Assembly (NCBI RefSeq): GCF_009914755.1
Contig: NC_060931.1
Reading direction: 5' to 3' (one strand)
Source of the DNA: the human T2T-CHM13v2.0 reference genome, Homo sapiens
DNA: 64,000 nucleotides
The position numbers were made by a program, and so were the translations under genes. The notes below the pieces were generated by a model. That model saw only the letters and a list, made by a program, of their open reading frames with translations, was not told where the DNA came from and made no database searches. This document shows, piece after piece, positions 15,629-29,111 of the stretch (its first letter is position 1; every line of letters begins with the position of its first letter).

Positions 15629-18591
15629 TGAGTGGATTGATTGGGAGTGAATGTAGTGTGTGCAGTCTTCTTTCATATGATATTTATTGCTTTTTCGTCT
15701 GTCTTTTCCACAGGTAAGCTACATGAGTGTATAGCTTTGTATCTGTGGTGTTTTCTGATGCTTCCCCAATGTTGATAACAGGACCCAGCACATACTATGC
15801 ACTTGCCAAATACTTGCTTAATAAATGAATAATTATTTAAGCCTTTTATCTTTAAAAGATAATGCCTTTCAGCTCTGTTAACAAAACTGGTTTAGACAAT
15901 AGGAAGCAGACAGGGAGATTTTTGAGGCGAGTAGGTAGTTTTAAACATGCCCTGTGAGAATACTCATCAGAGGTTATTATAATGATTTTTATGTAATCTT
16001 CTGTTAAGATTTTGTTCACTTCATGAGGACAAGAAACTCACGTATACCTGGTGCATAGTAGGTGTTCAGAAACTATTTACTGAGCTCACGTTCCATCCAG
16101 GTGGAGCAGCCCCGTTCCTCCCAGGTCCTCCACCTCACAGCTAACATTCCCTGTGCCTAACACGGCAAGCGTGGAAGACTCTGGAGGGTGAAAGGAGAGG
16201 CAGCTGCCTGGGGACCTTGGGACTTGAGGCATGAGGTGCTGGTGGTTCTCTGAGTTTCCTTGTTGCCTTGTTGCCTTAGACACATGCATTACACGGCACA
16301 TGTCCTAACAAGGAGCTGTAAAAACCTCTAATCTGGAACTAGCAATGGACACAGACACAAAATGCTCCAAGAACAGTCCTGTTTCCTCCAGGCATAGGGC
16401 TGGGCAAATTGTGGCCTAGTAACAAAAAATGTGTTGGCCACTCCTGTCCCAATGCAGCCACACAGGAATGAGAAAAGCACCCCCTTCATCACCTGGCCCT
16501 CCAGCTGGTTTCAGCGGGCAGAATGAAAGGTAATGTGCACCTCCACCGCTGCTCCACTCAAGCGTTCAGGTGCTCAAGTTCCGCTGTGGGGTGGTGGTGG
16601 CAGGCCTCAGTAGGAGCTGATCCTCCATTCCCTGCTCAGCAGTGACAGGTGGTACACTGATCCCTGCAACCCCTGCAGTCTCAGCAGGTCTAGCGTGGAG
16701 CTAAGCCTCTACCCCAACTCAGCATCAGGTACTTAAGGAGGGTGAGAGAAGCTGTGCAAGTTAACTATTAAGCATCACACCACACACCCTTTCAGTCAGG
16801 CACAGGGAGGAACTGACCTTCAGTCCCAAGCTGCAGCTACAAAGCAATGGGAGTCAGCCTCCCCTCCCCCTTCCTGGTGGTTGTAAAGTGCATACTGAAG
16901 CTCACCCCTCACTGAGAAGCAGCAAGGGGAGAGGAGTCAGTGCTTCCCTTTTGCCATGATAGTGTTGGAGAAGCCCAGCATAAAGCTGAACACACATACC
17001 CAGCCGGCCTTTATGCTCCACATCCACAATGGGTAAGCCCACTAAAAAGAGATGCATAGGATGCAAAGGTCTTATTATATCATACCCAAAATATGTGGGA
17101 TATACCTGAAGACCATTTATCATACTTAGAACCAGCAGAATCACAACTTGAATGAGAAAAGCCAATTATCAGATGCTAAATCAGAGATGAATGTGATGTT
17201 GGAATAATCTGGAAAATATTTTAAAGCAGCTAGTCATAAAAGTGCTTCGGTAAGTAATTTTGAATTCTCTTGAAATAAATGAAAAAAAAAATAGAAAATC
17301 TTAGCACAGAAATAAAAGAGCCAATGGAAAGCAGAGAACTGAAAAATAGAATAACCAAAATAAAAGACTCATTAGATGGGCTCAATAGTAGAATAGAGAT
17401 GACACAGAGGACCGAATCCATGAACTTGAGGACAGGTCAAGAATGTAGCCAATCTGAACAACTAAGAAAAAATAGATTGGACACAACAACAATGGACCCA
17501 AAGGGACCTGTGGGACAAGACTGAGAGGTAACATTGGTATCATCAGAATTCATAAGGAGATGAGAAAGAAGGTTGGGCTGAAAATGTTTGAAGAAGTAAT
17601 GTTTGACAGCATCTCCGATTTGGTAAAAAGCCTAAACCTATAAATTCGGGAAGCTGAGTGAACCTCAAATAGGATAAATGCAAATAAATTTATACCAAGA
17701 CACATCATAAATAAACTTGTGAACATTAAGCTAAAAAAAAAAAAGAGAGAAATGAGGGAATACTTATAAGGGCAGGTGAAAATGACAGCAGTCATTCGAA
17801 ACTATGGAGGCTGGGAGGAAGTAGCAAATTTTTCAATCACCAAAAGAAAAGAACTGTGTACAGCAAATTTTGCATCTGGTAAAAACATCCTTCAAAAATG
17901 AAAGGAAAATCAAGATGTTCCTAAATGACAGAAAGGTAGGAAAAGATGTTAGCAAACCTGTCCTATTGGGGAAGAGCTGCATAAAATATTCTAAACAGAA
18001 ATAATAGAATAAAAACCCGGACTTTAGAAAGAAAAGAATGTTGGAGCGCAGAAAAATAGGGGCAAATATAATACACAATCAAACTTCTATTGAGGTTCAT
18101 ATGTGATGGTTGATGCAAAAATTGTAACTTTATGTGCTACTCAGTGAATGTAGAAGAAATATGTAAAACAATTACATTTTAGAAGTAGAAAAGGAAAGGA
18201 ACCTAAATGGAAGTAAGGTTTCTACACTTCAAAGTATCATATATGTACATTGTGATACCCATATAACCACTAAGAAAACTATCCAAAATGAGATACAGAA
18301 AAACGTTAGAAATAAATCACAATGGACTTCTAAAAAATACTCAACCTATAGGAAGATAAGAAAAGAGAGAATAATAAGAATATAGGAAAATAATAAAATG
18401 GCACGTTTAACATGCATATCAATAATTATGTTAAATGTAACAGATCTAAATATACCAATTAAAATACCTAGATTTATAGAATGAATGAAAAAAATGACCT
18501 AATAATATACTGTCTACAAGAAGCTCACTTAAAGTGCAATGACATAAGAGGACAGAAAGTAAAAGACTAGAAAATGACATATGAGGCAAAC

Positions 18592-18914
<323 letters not shown>

Positions 18915-19133
18915 TAAAAATGCAGGAGCGTCTGTATTAACATCAGACAGAGCATATTTGTATTAGGTGTCCAGGGCTGCAGTAAGAAAGTATACTCATG
19001 GGCTGTACAAGGACACATATGCCTGTCACTCACGCATACATACATTGCCAGTGATAATGTAAAACAGGACAGTCAATGTGGGAAAGAATTTGGCAGTTTT
19101 TCATAAATCTAAATATGCAGGTACTATATGCTG

Positions 19134-19567
19134 TGTTCTAAAATTGAAAGATTGGGTGACAGGACACAGCGCACTGACCCTGAGTTAGAAAGAAGCTACG
19201 ACTCTGTTGCTGACAGCTCTGAAGGAGAAGGCCAGGCCACCAGCAGGACCACATGGGATCAGGTAATGGCAGGCAGGAGCTGCAGGGGACGAGGTCAGCT
19301 TATGTATGGAAAGCATTTAGTTAATTTTCTCAGGATCCCTGTGGATTGGAGAGTTGGAATAGTTTCAGTAGGTTCCAGGGCACTGGGGCAGTCCCTTGTT
19401 GTCTGGTGCCTGGCCCTGGAGCAACTGGGGTAGGCAGGTAGTGGCCCTGGAGTGTGAGTGCCCAGTAAGGGAAGTGGTTGGGATGGGAACTTCAACTTGA
19501 TCTGCAGCTCAAGAAGGGAGATCTGAGTGGCTTCTAGCCAGAATCTCCAAACTGGGTTGGGATAGCA
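19134..19567 (-). mobile_element. ERVL-class solo LTR (MER74/MER73-like; family uncertain)
   Basis: TG…CA termini; reverse complement has acccagtttgg…ccttcttgagc…ccaaccacttccctta…ccagggccaggcaccagacaac. Confidence 0.6.
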
Positions 19568-19569
19568 TC

Positions 19570-19572
<3 letters not shown>

Positions 19573-19616
<44 letters not shown>
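19573..19616. repeat. (AC)22 microsatellite
   Basis: Read directly. Confidence 0.98.
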
Positions 19617-19617
<1 letters not shown>

Positions 19618-19691
19618 ACCCTGTATCACATGGGCATTGTTTCCAAGACAAATGAAAAATTATGTTCACACAAAAGTCTGTACACAAATGT

Positions 19692-19943
19692 TCTTTTTTT
19701 TTTTTTTGAGATAGAGTCTCTCTCTGTCGCCAGGCTGGAATGCAGTGGTGCGATCTCAGCTCAGCCTCCCAAGGAGCTGGGACTACAGGCACACGTCACC
19801 ACACCCAGCTAATTTTTGTATTTTTAGGAGAGATGGGGTTTCACTATGTTGGCCAGGATAGTCTCCATCTCTTGACCTCATGATCCACCCGCCTCAGCCT
19901 CCCAAAGTGATGGGATTACAGGCGTGAGCCACCCCGCCCAGCC
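19692..19943 (-). mobile_element. AluSc with internal deletion between ctcagc microhomologies
   Basis: gatctcagctcagcctccc junction. Confidence 0.9.
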
Positions 19944-20799
19944 CCGTAGCATTTTTATTCATAATCACCCCAAACTGAAAACATCCCAAATGTCCCTCAG
20001 CTGGTAACAGATATCGAACCGCAGTCCATCTGTAATGTGGGACGCTGCTTCGCACTGAAAAGGTGTGAACTGTCGATGCACACGGCAACTTGGATGCATC
20101 TCCAAGAAATGGCGGTGATGAAAAAAATTCAGTCCCAAGAGATCGCATATGGTACGGCTCCATTTATATGGCATTGTGGGAATGACAGAATTATCAGAGT
20201 GGAGAACAGACTAGAAGTCTACACGGGTCAGCAAAGCAGCGGAGAGAGGATAGAGCTGGATGCAATCATCAGAAAGTAACACAAGAGGTCCTTGCGGTGA
20301 TGGAAACGCTGTGTGTCTTGACTGTGTTAATGTCGTATCCTGCTCACAGTGCTGTTCTATACTTCCGTAAGCTGTCGTCATTGCAGGAACCTGGATAAAG
20401 GTACCCAGGATCGCTGTATTTTTCTTACAGCTGCATGTGAATCTGTGTTATCTCAAGAGCTTAGAGTAAGGGAATGAGAGGAGGAACATGGCACCCTCAA
20501 AGATTATTAGAGAAGGTTCTATTTCCAAAGATTAGAGGATTTCCAAGAGGAAACTACTCTGGAAAGGATTTTTAATTGCATTTAGGGAAGCCAGTGTACT
20601 AAGAGCTGAGACAATCAGTGCTCAGTGTAGTAATGATACAGCCACTTCCTAACTCCTTTCTGGGTGCTATAAAGACAAAGTTAATTGTATCATTACTATT
20701 TCAAAACAACTGAGGCTTTTAAAGTGTTTCTTAGGAGTGTTACAAGCCTGTCTGAAGTCCTGGAGAGCAATGAAGTGTAGATCCAGGAGGCTGCAGTCA

Positions 20800-21230
20800 A
20801 TGCAGTGTGGTGGTTGAGAGACCAGGCCCTGAAATCAGACCTGGGTCAAATTTCGGCTCTACCAGTTTCTGGTCTTATGCCCTTTGGCAAGTTAGTTAAT
20901 CTTTTGAGGTTTAATTCTTACATGTAGTATGAGAACTGAGAAGTAATAACTGTATCTATACTGAAGGAGTGTTATAAAGAATAAATGAGATAATTAACAC
21001 AAAGCACTTCATAAATGCTCTACAAATGCCAGCTTTGCTGCCGTTGTTAGTATTATAATTAGAAGCAGGAGCAGTAGTGGTGCAGAGGAATCCAGAGACA
21101 AATTTCGTCTTTGTTTCTAACAGCATGATTTCTAGAAAGTCACTTAGCTTTGCAGACCTCAGTTTCCTCATCTAGAGTTTTAGTATGTTGGAGTAGATAG
21201 TATGTAAAGTATCTTCCAGTGTTTATCTTC
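20800..21230 (+). mobile_element. Two MIR copies
   Basis: gtggttgagag…cagacctggg…ggcaagtta; cctcagtttcctcatct. Confidence 0.75.
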
Positions 21231-21461
21231 TTGGATGCTACAGTGAACTTTTTAGAGGGAAAATACTACAGCGGCTGAAAGCACAGGCTGAGGAGTCTTT
21301 CAGGCCTCAGTTTGGATCCTGCCTCCATTCTGAGGCACACACCGCTCATGGCCAATCCATGTCCTGTGTCCTCTGCCTTCCTTAGAGTTTGCCATTTTGT
21401 TCAGAACAGCACTGTGAGCTCCCTCCCACCTCCCCGACCCTATGATGAATCATGATTGCTC

Positions 21462-21705
21462 TAGGACAGGTCAGCAGACTACTGCCCAAGGGGCCAATCC
21501 ATCCATGTTCCCACCTTCTGCTATACTTGCGTTCCTGTAAATAAAGTTTTATTGTAACACAGCCACCCATTCATTTATGTGTCACTTGTGGTGGTTTTTC
21601 CAGTTCTACATGTGGAGTTGAGTAGTTGTGACAGGGATGGACCATATGGCCTGCAAACCCTAACTGTTTGCTATCTGGCCCTTTACAGAAAATGCTTGCC
21701 ACCCT
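21462..21705 (+). mobile_element. MER58A (hAT-Charlie)
   Basis: tgtaaataaagttttattg…gagttgagtagttgtgacag…ctggccctttacagaaaa. Confidence 0.88.
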
Positions 21706-21739
21706 CTTTCCTAAGAACGTTATGATAACCCTGCTTCTG

Positions 21740-22115
21740 TCAGGTTTCCAGCTTCCCTTGCAGCTGTGGGGACCTGATGATTCACCTCTCCCACAAAGAT
21801 GTCAGCCCGAGCCATTGGAGCCTGCTATTCTCCCTCCTCCCTGTTCCTGTTGGATTGTGTGCAGTTGTTTCTAAGTCTAGTGCTTATAGGTGTAGCTACC
21901 ATCCTGCCGCTATAAGACAGTAAACCTGGTACAAGCTAAGCAGGGTGGAACAGAGAGAGGGAGGGGCCTGCATTCTTGACAGACATTATCAAGTTCTTGT
22001 ACTGGCTCTGGATTCCCTACGTGTAGTATTTTTTGTTATATGAGAAAATAATCTCTTGTTTTTTAAAAAGGACTTTTAAAATTATTTGTTGTGGCTGCCT
22101 GTAACTAAATGCAAT
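21740..22115 (+). mobile_element. Old MaLR/ERVL LTR (MLT1J/K-like)
   Basis: ttccagcttcccttgcagct…ttgttatatgagaaaataa. Confidence 0.55.
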
Positions 22116-24499
22116 CCACCTGTTACAGACTTTTTACTACTGGTGAAATTTTGAACAAATTATTTAATTTTACTAGGCCTCAGATTTCCTCTCTGTTTCT
22201 TACTTTAGTAATGAGGATTAGGTTAGATGAAAAATATAAGGCTTTTGCTCCGTTCCTACTACAGAGGAAGCAAATAATTGGAAGTTATTATTTTTATTTC
22301 CCAATGAATCCATTCATAATTCTAAATTATTTTGAGTCTGTGTCTACACAGGCACATATCTGCCAAATTACCTTTTGCAAAAAACCATGTTTTATTTAGA
22401 AATGCTTTGACAGCCAGAACATGTGTGTCTATTGCAAACAAGAATATTTTCAGTTTAGAAATACTTGTTTTGATCATCCGTGTGGAAATGAATGTTTTGT
22501 ATTTGAGTTGTTAAGCTACAAAATATATTTGCTAAATGTTTTTGCAAAAATATTCATCCATTTCTTAGAATAATGCCTTAGAGAAGCACCCAGTGGTAAT
22601 TATGTTCTTAGGCATGTTTATGACACAGAACAGATCGAACCTTTTGGAAAAATCTGGAATGGAAGCTGGGACTAATAGCCCAGTGACTCTAGATGCAGGG
22701 CGTCACCTACCTCATCACGACGCTAATGTTTCCAGGGCTTGCTAGTTGAATTTCCACATGACGATTAGCACAAATCCAGAACTAAATGACAGGTTATACT
22801 TCTGTCTCAAGCATCATATGATATTGATTTTTTTTTACTGTAACTAGAAATTTTTTTCCTGGAGGGTCATGAGAAAAATTGTATTTTTTGACAAAAGTAT
22901 AATAATTTACTTGAGACTTATTGTTAATGTTCAGTGATAGTGGCAGGGATTTATCCTTTTATAATCCTTACATTGTTTCTCTTTCAAATTTTTCGTGTAG
23001 GGATTATAAAAATAAACCCACTGGATAGCTTGTACCTTTTGCTGGCATTTAGGATAAAGAGAAACCCAATAAATCTTGCGTCGAGTGGCCTCACTGATAT
23101 TGATTGAATTATAAGATCATAGTATAGCTTTTACAGATAAGTCACCAGGAAGACATCACACAATGTTGTTTATAGAAAGTAAGAAAGCAGGTCTTCTTTT
23201 GTAAGATTCCATATTAATCTTAACCCCCGTAACATTATACTGATATATTTTTCAAGTTGATTATAACTCTCTACTACAAGGTCAAAATAAACCTTATATT
23301 AATAAAAACCATATGACTTGTCTTTAGACATCCAAGAAAATTTAAAAGTAATACTTTGCGTGTATATAAGAACTTTCATAATAGACCGTCTCAAAACACT
23401 TCAGAAATAAAATACACTCATATTATAGCCTGGATGTCTATAGGCATTCACTGGGCTAATGTTTCCTTCCAGGACTCTGTGACCTTCTAGAATTACTCAA
23501 AGACAGTGTGTTTGCCCTCATTGGTTGATTTTGTCCTTCAAAGAAAATTATTTGGAAGAAAAAATTTTCAACTTATTAGAGAAAAATACTCATTTCTCAT
23601 TTTCTTATCATTTGACAGGAAGCTTACCAATTTATTGTAGATAATTACACCAATGTTTCATTCCTTAGAATCACCTTTCAACATGAATTCAAATGTATAC
23701 GAAAAGCAGAGAATTCTGGACTTTAGATTTGCAAGAAATAAAAAGGCTCCAATTTTCTTAAGTTGTTATGATTACCACAGAGTAAAAAATACCATAGAAT
23801 GAAAATGTCTTATGTTGATAGGAAGAGGTCAGGGCTCTTACTCGAAGTACAAGATAAATCACAGGCTTAATTTTGGATCACAGTGGACCCCTCCCTCCAC
23901 TTCAGCTGTGGAAATACAAAGAAAAGAGTTGCATTGAAGAAACAACTGGAGTCCAAGTAGCACTTTGCTTCCGTTACAGGACTTGGAGCATGTTATAAAT
24001 GGCTCAAAAAGTAGGATACTCTCTCCCCTTTTCAGGGATCTGTATAAGGAGGCAGTCATATTCAAAATACAAAGTAGAAGATAAATGTTTTCTGCCGGCA
24101 TGATATTTTAAAAGGAAAAATATGATTATCTATCATGATGCATTGTGAACTGATATTGATTTTTCCTCTTGTGACCTTGGTTGTACAGCACCAACACAAA
24201 CACACACCCCTTGCTGGAAGGTCTAGTTTCAGGTGTGAATGCGTAGAAGTCAGAGATTTAAAAAATAGGGGGCTTGTAGTATTTGTTTTTGCCTTAATTA
24301 AGAGTTAATACTTGGCTTGTCTACTTACTCATTCAGACAGCGTGGGTTGAAAATGTATTATAAGGCAGGTAATGTGAGGCAATGGGGGTGTCTTTAAGAA
24401 GGTAATAGCTTATCTGAGCCTTTTATCCTGCAGGATTCACTATGACCTTGCTTTTCCACTCCCCTCCCGCTGGGTCTTTCAGTCTGTCCCCCTTTATTT

Positions 24500-24650
24500 T
24501 TGCTTACTCATTCATGAGTATTCATTAAACTCCTACAATGTACCAGGCACTCAGAATATAGCTGTGAGCAAGACGGTTATGCTTCCTACTCTCATTTAGC
24601 TTATAATTGAGTTGGAAGACAGACATTAAGTAAATACTTATATTAATAAT
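24500..24650 (-). mobile_element. L2 3' end
   Basis: ctcattcat…tcctacaatgtaccaggcac. Confidence 0.7.
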
Positions 24651-24719
24651 TTTATTGTAATTATGATTTCTGTTCAGAGACCCAACATAATTTCAAGTTT
24701 CCATTTTTTCTTAAAAAAT

Positions 24720-26170
24720 TCTTTCTGATTCTAAAACTTTATAGACAACTAAGAAAAAAATAGGAATAAATCAGGAAAAAGTAACCTAAGATATCCCACC
24801 AGCCCAAAATAACTTGTTACTATTTAAAATGCTTTTTCTTGCACTTTTCTTTAGTGTGTATATGTGTGTGTCTGTGTGTGTGCACCTGTGCCCATGTGTA
24901 TTTACAATTTGGGATCATACTATATAGTTAGTTTTGCTATTCTCTTTAAATGATCATTAAACAGAGAGGATTTCTTATATTACATATTTTTCAATAACAT
25001 ATTTTAAGCTTGTTGAATAATTTGTATTTTAGTTATGTAGCATAAATTATTTGTTTATTTGGGTACATTTCAGTTATGTCCTTCAATTTTTGTGCTTATT
25101 TAAACTGATGTGATAAAAATATAAACTCTTGTCTACATGTTTTATTTAGTCTACTAGATAATCTAGAATTGGAATTACTTGGTCAAAGGGTATAAATATT
25201 TTTGAGGTGATTCATATATTTTATGAAACATTATAGAATATTTATACTCTTTGATCTATTCAATGTAATATACAATATGAAACATTCCCCTGTATTCTAG
25301 AATCGCATCGATTTATACATGCCTTCAAGTGGTATTTGTGTCGAGTTTATGTATCCTTGGCACCATCGAGTATTGCACTGGCAAATACATTTCTATTTTA
25401 ATTATATATTAATATGATAGATAAAGGTAGCATCTTGGTAATTTAATATTTTCATTTATATATCATCCAGTAGTATTTCACGTGTGTACCTGTAATATTT
25501 GCCAGTTTTCTGTTGAGATGATAGCCTTTTTTACAAAATAAATGAACATATTTTAGACATATAATAAAATTTTAGATGCCATATTATATATTAATATGAC
25601 TTAATATCTTATGTAATAGTGTAGACATATTTCTTAACGATATTAATAATTTTTGTTTTTTTACAAATAAAATGTTGTATACTCATTTATAATGCTACTT
25701 TGAGACTGTGTGGTTATATAAACACCAAATTTTTTTCTTCATTATCTCTATTCTTTTGTAAACCTGTTTTTCTTTTACTAATTTCCCTTTTTGCATAAAA
25801 ATGTCGTAATATTCATTATTCCAAATCCCTCTCGTTATTTGGTTTGTATTGTTTCATAGTGTTACTTCCTCATTCTTTGGACCAGTTTCAAAATCACAAT
25901 GGACAGTTCAAAAAACATGTTAAGGATTTTGATTCGAATTACATTAAAAGTATAAATCGGTTTGAGGAGAACTGACATCTTTACAACATTGCCCCATTTC
26001 CTCCAGAAGTATTATCTGTCCGTCAGCTGATCCATGCTTTTCTTTGTATCTTCCTGTGACCTTTGATATGTTTTTTTCATAGATGCCATGTTTTTTGTGT
26101 GGCTAGATATTTTATATTTTTGTTGCTATTATGAATAGTTTCTTTTTATTGTTTTTTTCTGGCTATAATT
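24720..26170 (-). mobile_element. Highly diverged L1ME fragments
   Basis: ggaattacttggtcaaaggg; tttgaggagaactgacatctttacaa. Confidence 0.6.
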
Positions 26171-29078
26171 GTTATCTTTCTCTCTTGGAGATCATCATCA
26201 ACTAAGTGCAAGATAGTGACAGGAGGTCTAGTTTCAGATCCCTGGAGTATCTGGGAATCTATTGTTATAGCCTCTAGATTCTGGCACTGGCCTATAATTT
26301 TTACCAGCCTAATCTCTGCTATCCCCTAGCTATGTATACTGAAGCTGCAGTGAACACCTGGTCCCCGCAGCCATCTCATTTTCTCCTTCCTGCACATTTG
26401 TCTCTGCCTTGACCCTGACCTCTGCCCCAGGACTGTGTCCATGCTCTGACACTCAGCTGCATGCTGCCTTGCTCCCTCACTCGTCCCACCTGCATGTGAC
26501 TGACTTTTCCTCCAGACCTTTGTGGCATTTTGTTTGTATCTTTCTTGGGAGTATTTGTCATAGTTCACCTTTTATGATTTATGATTATACCTGTCTTGCC
26601 CAAAAGTGTGCCCAATTGGAAGGCAAATTGTAAAAGACTAAGCACTGTGACAATGGGAAAGTAATTTAGATTGCTCTTTGCCTCAGTCTCCAAACTCGTA
26701 TAGGAATACTAAGTTGTGCCCTGCCCACTGCGTAAGACTTCGTGAAAGCTCTTTGAGATGTGAGAAAGGCGAATCTAAGAGATGGCCACCGGGAGGTCAC
26801 TTCCCCTCCTAGGTTGGGCAGTGCATGAAGGCAAGGCCTGGCTTTCACAGTACTTCATGCAGGTTTCATTTAGCTCAACACCCTCCTCTCATAGACACTC
26901 ACAGTTAGATTGAATCAGAGGGTGGCCACGCTTGGCAAGCGGGGAATAGCAGCCAAGTTGTAATGGACTTGGCCGTGTACAGAGAAGGATGGATTCCAGG
27001 TAGTGAAATTAGAAATTACACCTCAGTCGGGGACCTCTGGTTACCTCTGGCACTTACATTGGTCTGGAAAGAATGTATTTATGTTGGTGGGGGGGGGAAA
27101 AGCATATGAAATTGAGACAGTAGGTGATCCAGTGGATGTTCTAAGACATTCCCTGGAAGACAATGCCACTGTCTTGGTGTGTCTGATGTTCTGGGGAACA
27201 TTTGAAAAACATCCGTCTCTGGGCCACATCTCGAGTTTCTGATTCCATAGTTTGAGCCCAGGAACCTACGTTTTTACAAACATCCCTGGTAATTCCTATC
27301 GTAAGTTTGTGAACCATTGCACTAGAACAGGATTCTTAATAGTGACATGCAGGCCTTACTGAAAATGATTTGTTCTGTGGAATGAGAAGCTAACAAACAC
27401 ACGTACAAACACACAAGCACATTTCCTAGAATAGGCATTTCTGTTCTGTAGAATTTCTTCAAGTGTCTTCTTATTGATCTACCAAACATGAAAATATTTC
27501 CAGGATAGAAATGCTTTCCCAGAAAGCAGGTATAAAGGTATTTCATTGGGAAACATATTAGAGACTCTACATATTAGGGACTAACAGTTGTTATGATGTG
27601 AATTTTTTCTGTATTACTACATAAGTCACTCTTTCTTAATTGCTAAAAATATTTATCAGTACCTGATCACAGAATTCTTACAAGACAGCATGGTCTACTT
27701 ACACTAGGCGCCTCACACAGCAAATTAAATAAGTATTTCCGTCTAAGAATTTGCATCCTAAACACTTGCAGGAGGATAGGAAATGGATTCTGTCATTATA
27801 ATAGGATTTAATTATTCCTTTCCATGATTTTAAATATTATGCCAAATAGATGCTCATCGTAGTATACAAGTGCTGAAGAATATGAGTAGATTAAAATCAC
27901 TCATAATCCTGTTTTCTATAGGCACCCATAAGCATTTTCTCATGTCTTCTCTTTCTCTTACATATGTTTTTTGTTATGGAGTTCCTACTTGATAAGCTGC
28001 TTTGTAAAGATTTTAAAATTCAGATTATATCATAGGTGTTTTCATTTATCAAAAACTTCGTTAAATGTCCTTTTAATGGGTGCATAATAGTTTATTATAT
28101 TGGAGGTACCATACTTCGATATGAATATCCTTGCAGTCAGAACTATAAAACATGGAGAATTACATTGTTAGTGCATTAAGCATTTCAACTCAACACAGTT
28201 AATTGAGACATTTATATCATGTGTACATTTTCCTTATAACATGCACTTATTATTCCGGTGACATAAATCTTCAGAAGTAAACAGAGAAGGCAACCGCTAG
28301 ACGTAGCCTGTATGGGCAGTAGAGGGCAGAGGAAGACCAGCAGTGTAATCACCTGGAAGTCATCACCCAAATTACCTTATTTCATTCTGCAGTGATGACA
28401 CAATCAAAGCTAATGAGCAATTTTACTTTTCACTTATTTCGGGTTTTGCAGCATTTGGAGTTGCTGACGCTCATTGGCTTCCTGGCATCTTCTTTTTTGC
28501 TTTCCTCCCACCGTTCTTCCCTGTTTCCTCCTTCGTTCCTCTCAGCCTCTTCTCCGCGTTCCGGTTTTCCCACTTGTCCCTTGTTCTTATGCAATACTTG
28601 ATCCTCTTCTCACTCTAAACTGTCTCCTGGCTGATTTCCTCTTGCTCCCATGTCTTTAACTTCCTCCTAGAGATGATGTCCTGCCAACTTAAATCTTATT
28701 GCCACTCTCTCCACTGTGAGACTCCCCTAAGCTCCTACCACTCACTGTGGTCCTTGTTCAGATCCATGCTCCACTGTGTGATCTTGGTCATCCTCCACTC
28801 CTTGGATCCCCCAATCACGTGATCTCTGCTTGTACACATTGCACCGTATATGTTTGCTGTGCCCTGACGTCCAAGGGACACGTTGCATATGTGGAGAGCA
28901 GTGGCAAGGAATGATTGATTGCTTGATTGACCAGTAACTGATTGGATCACTAACTGATAGGCATGAAAACTCCTCCCTCACTAATTCCTATATAATCCTC
29001 ATCTGAGCCCAGGATTTGGTGATGGTGCTCTGTAATATGTAGTCCAACTTTCTCTTTCTCACAGAGCTTACATTTCTC

Positions 29079-29084
<6 letters not shown>

Positions 29085-29111
<27 letters not shown>
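29085..29111. repeat. (TG)n microsatellite, ~13 units
   Basis: Read directly. Confidence 0.95.

Noticed and set aside
23595-23726. Coding exon after a strong acceptor (ttttcttatcatttgacag|GAAGCT…, EAYQFIVDNY…)
   Set aside because: No good donor before the in-frame stop and no recognisable protein
28392-28467. C/D box snoRNA (GTGATGA…CTGA, 76 nt)
   Set aside because: No terminal stem, no convincing C'/D' boxes and no recognisable rRNA or snRNA antisense element
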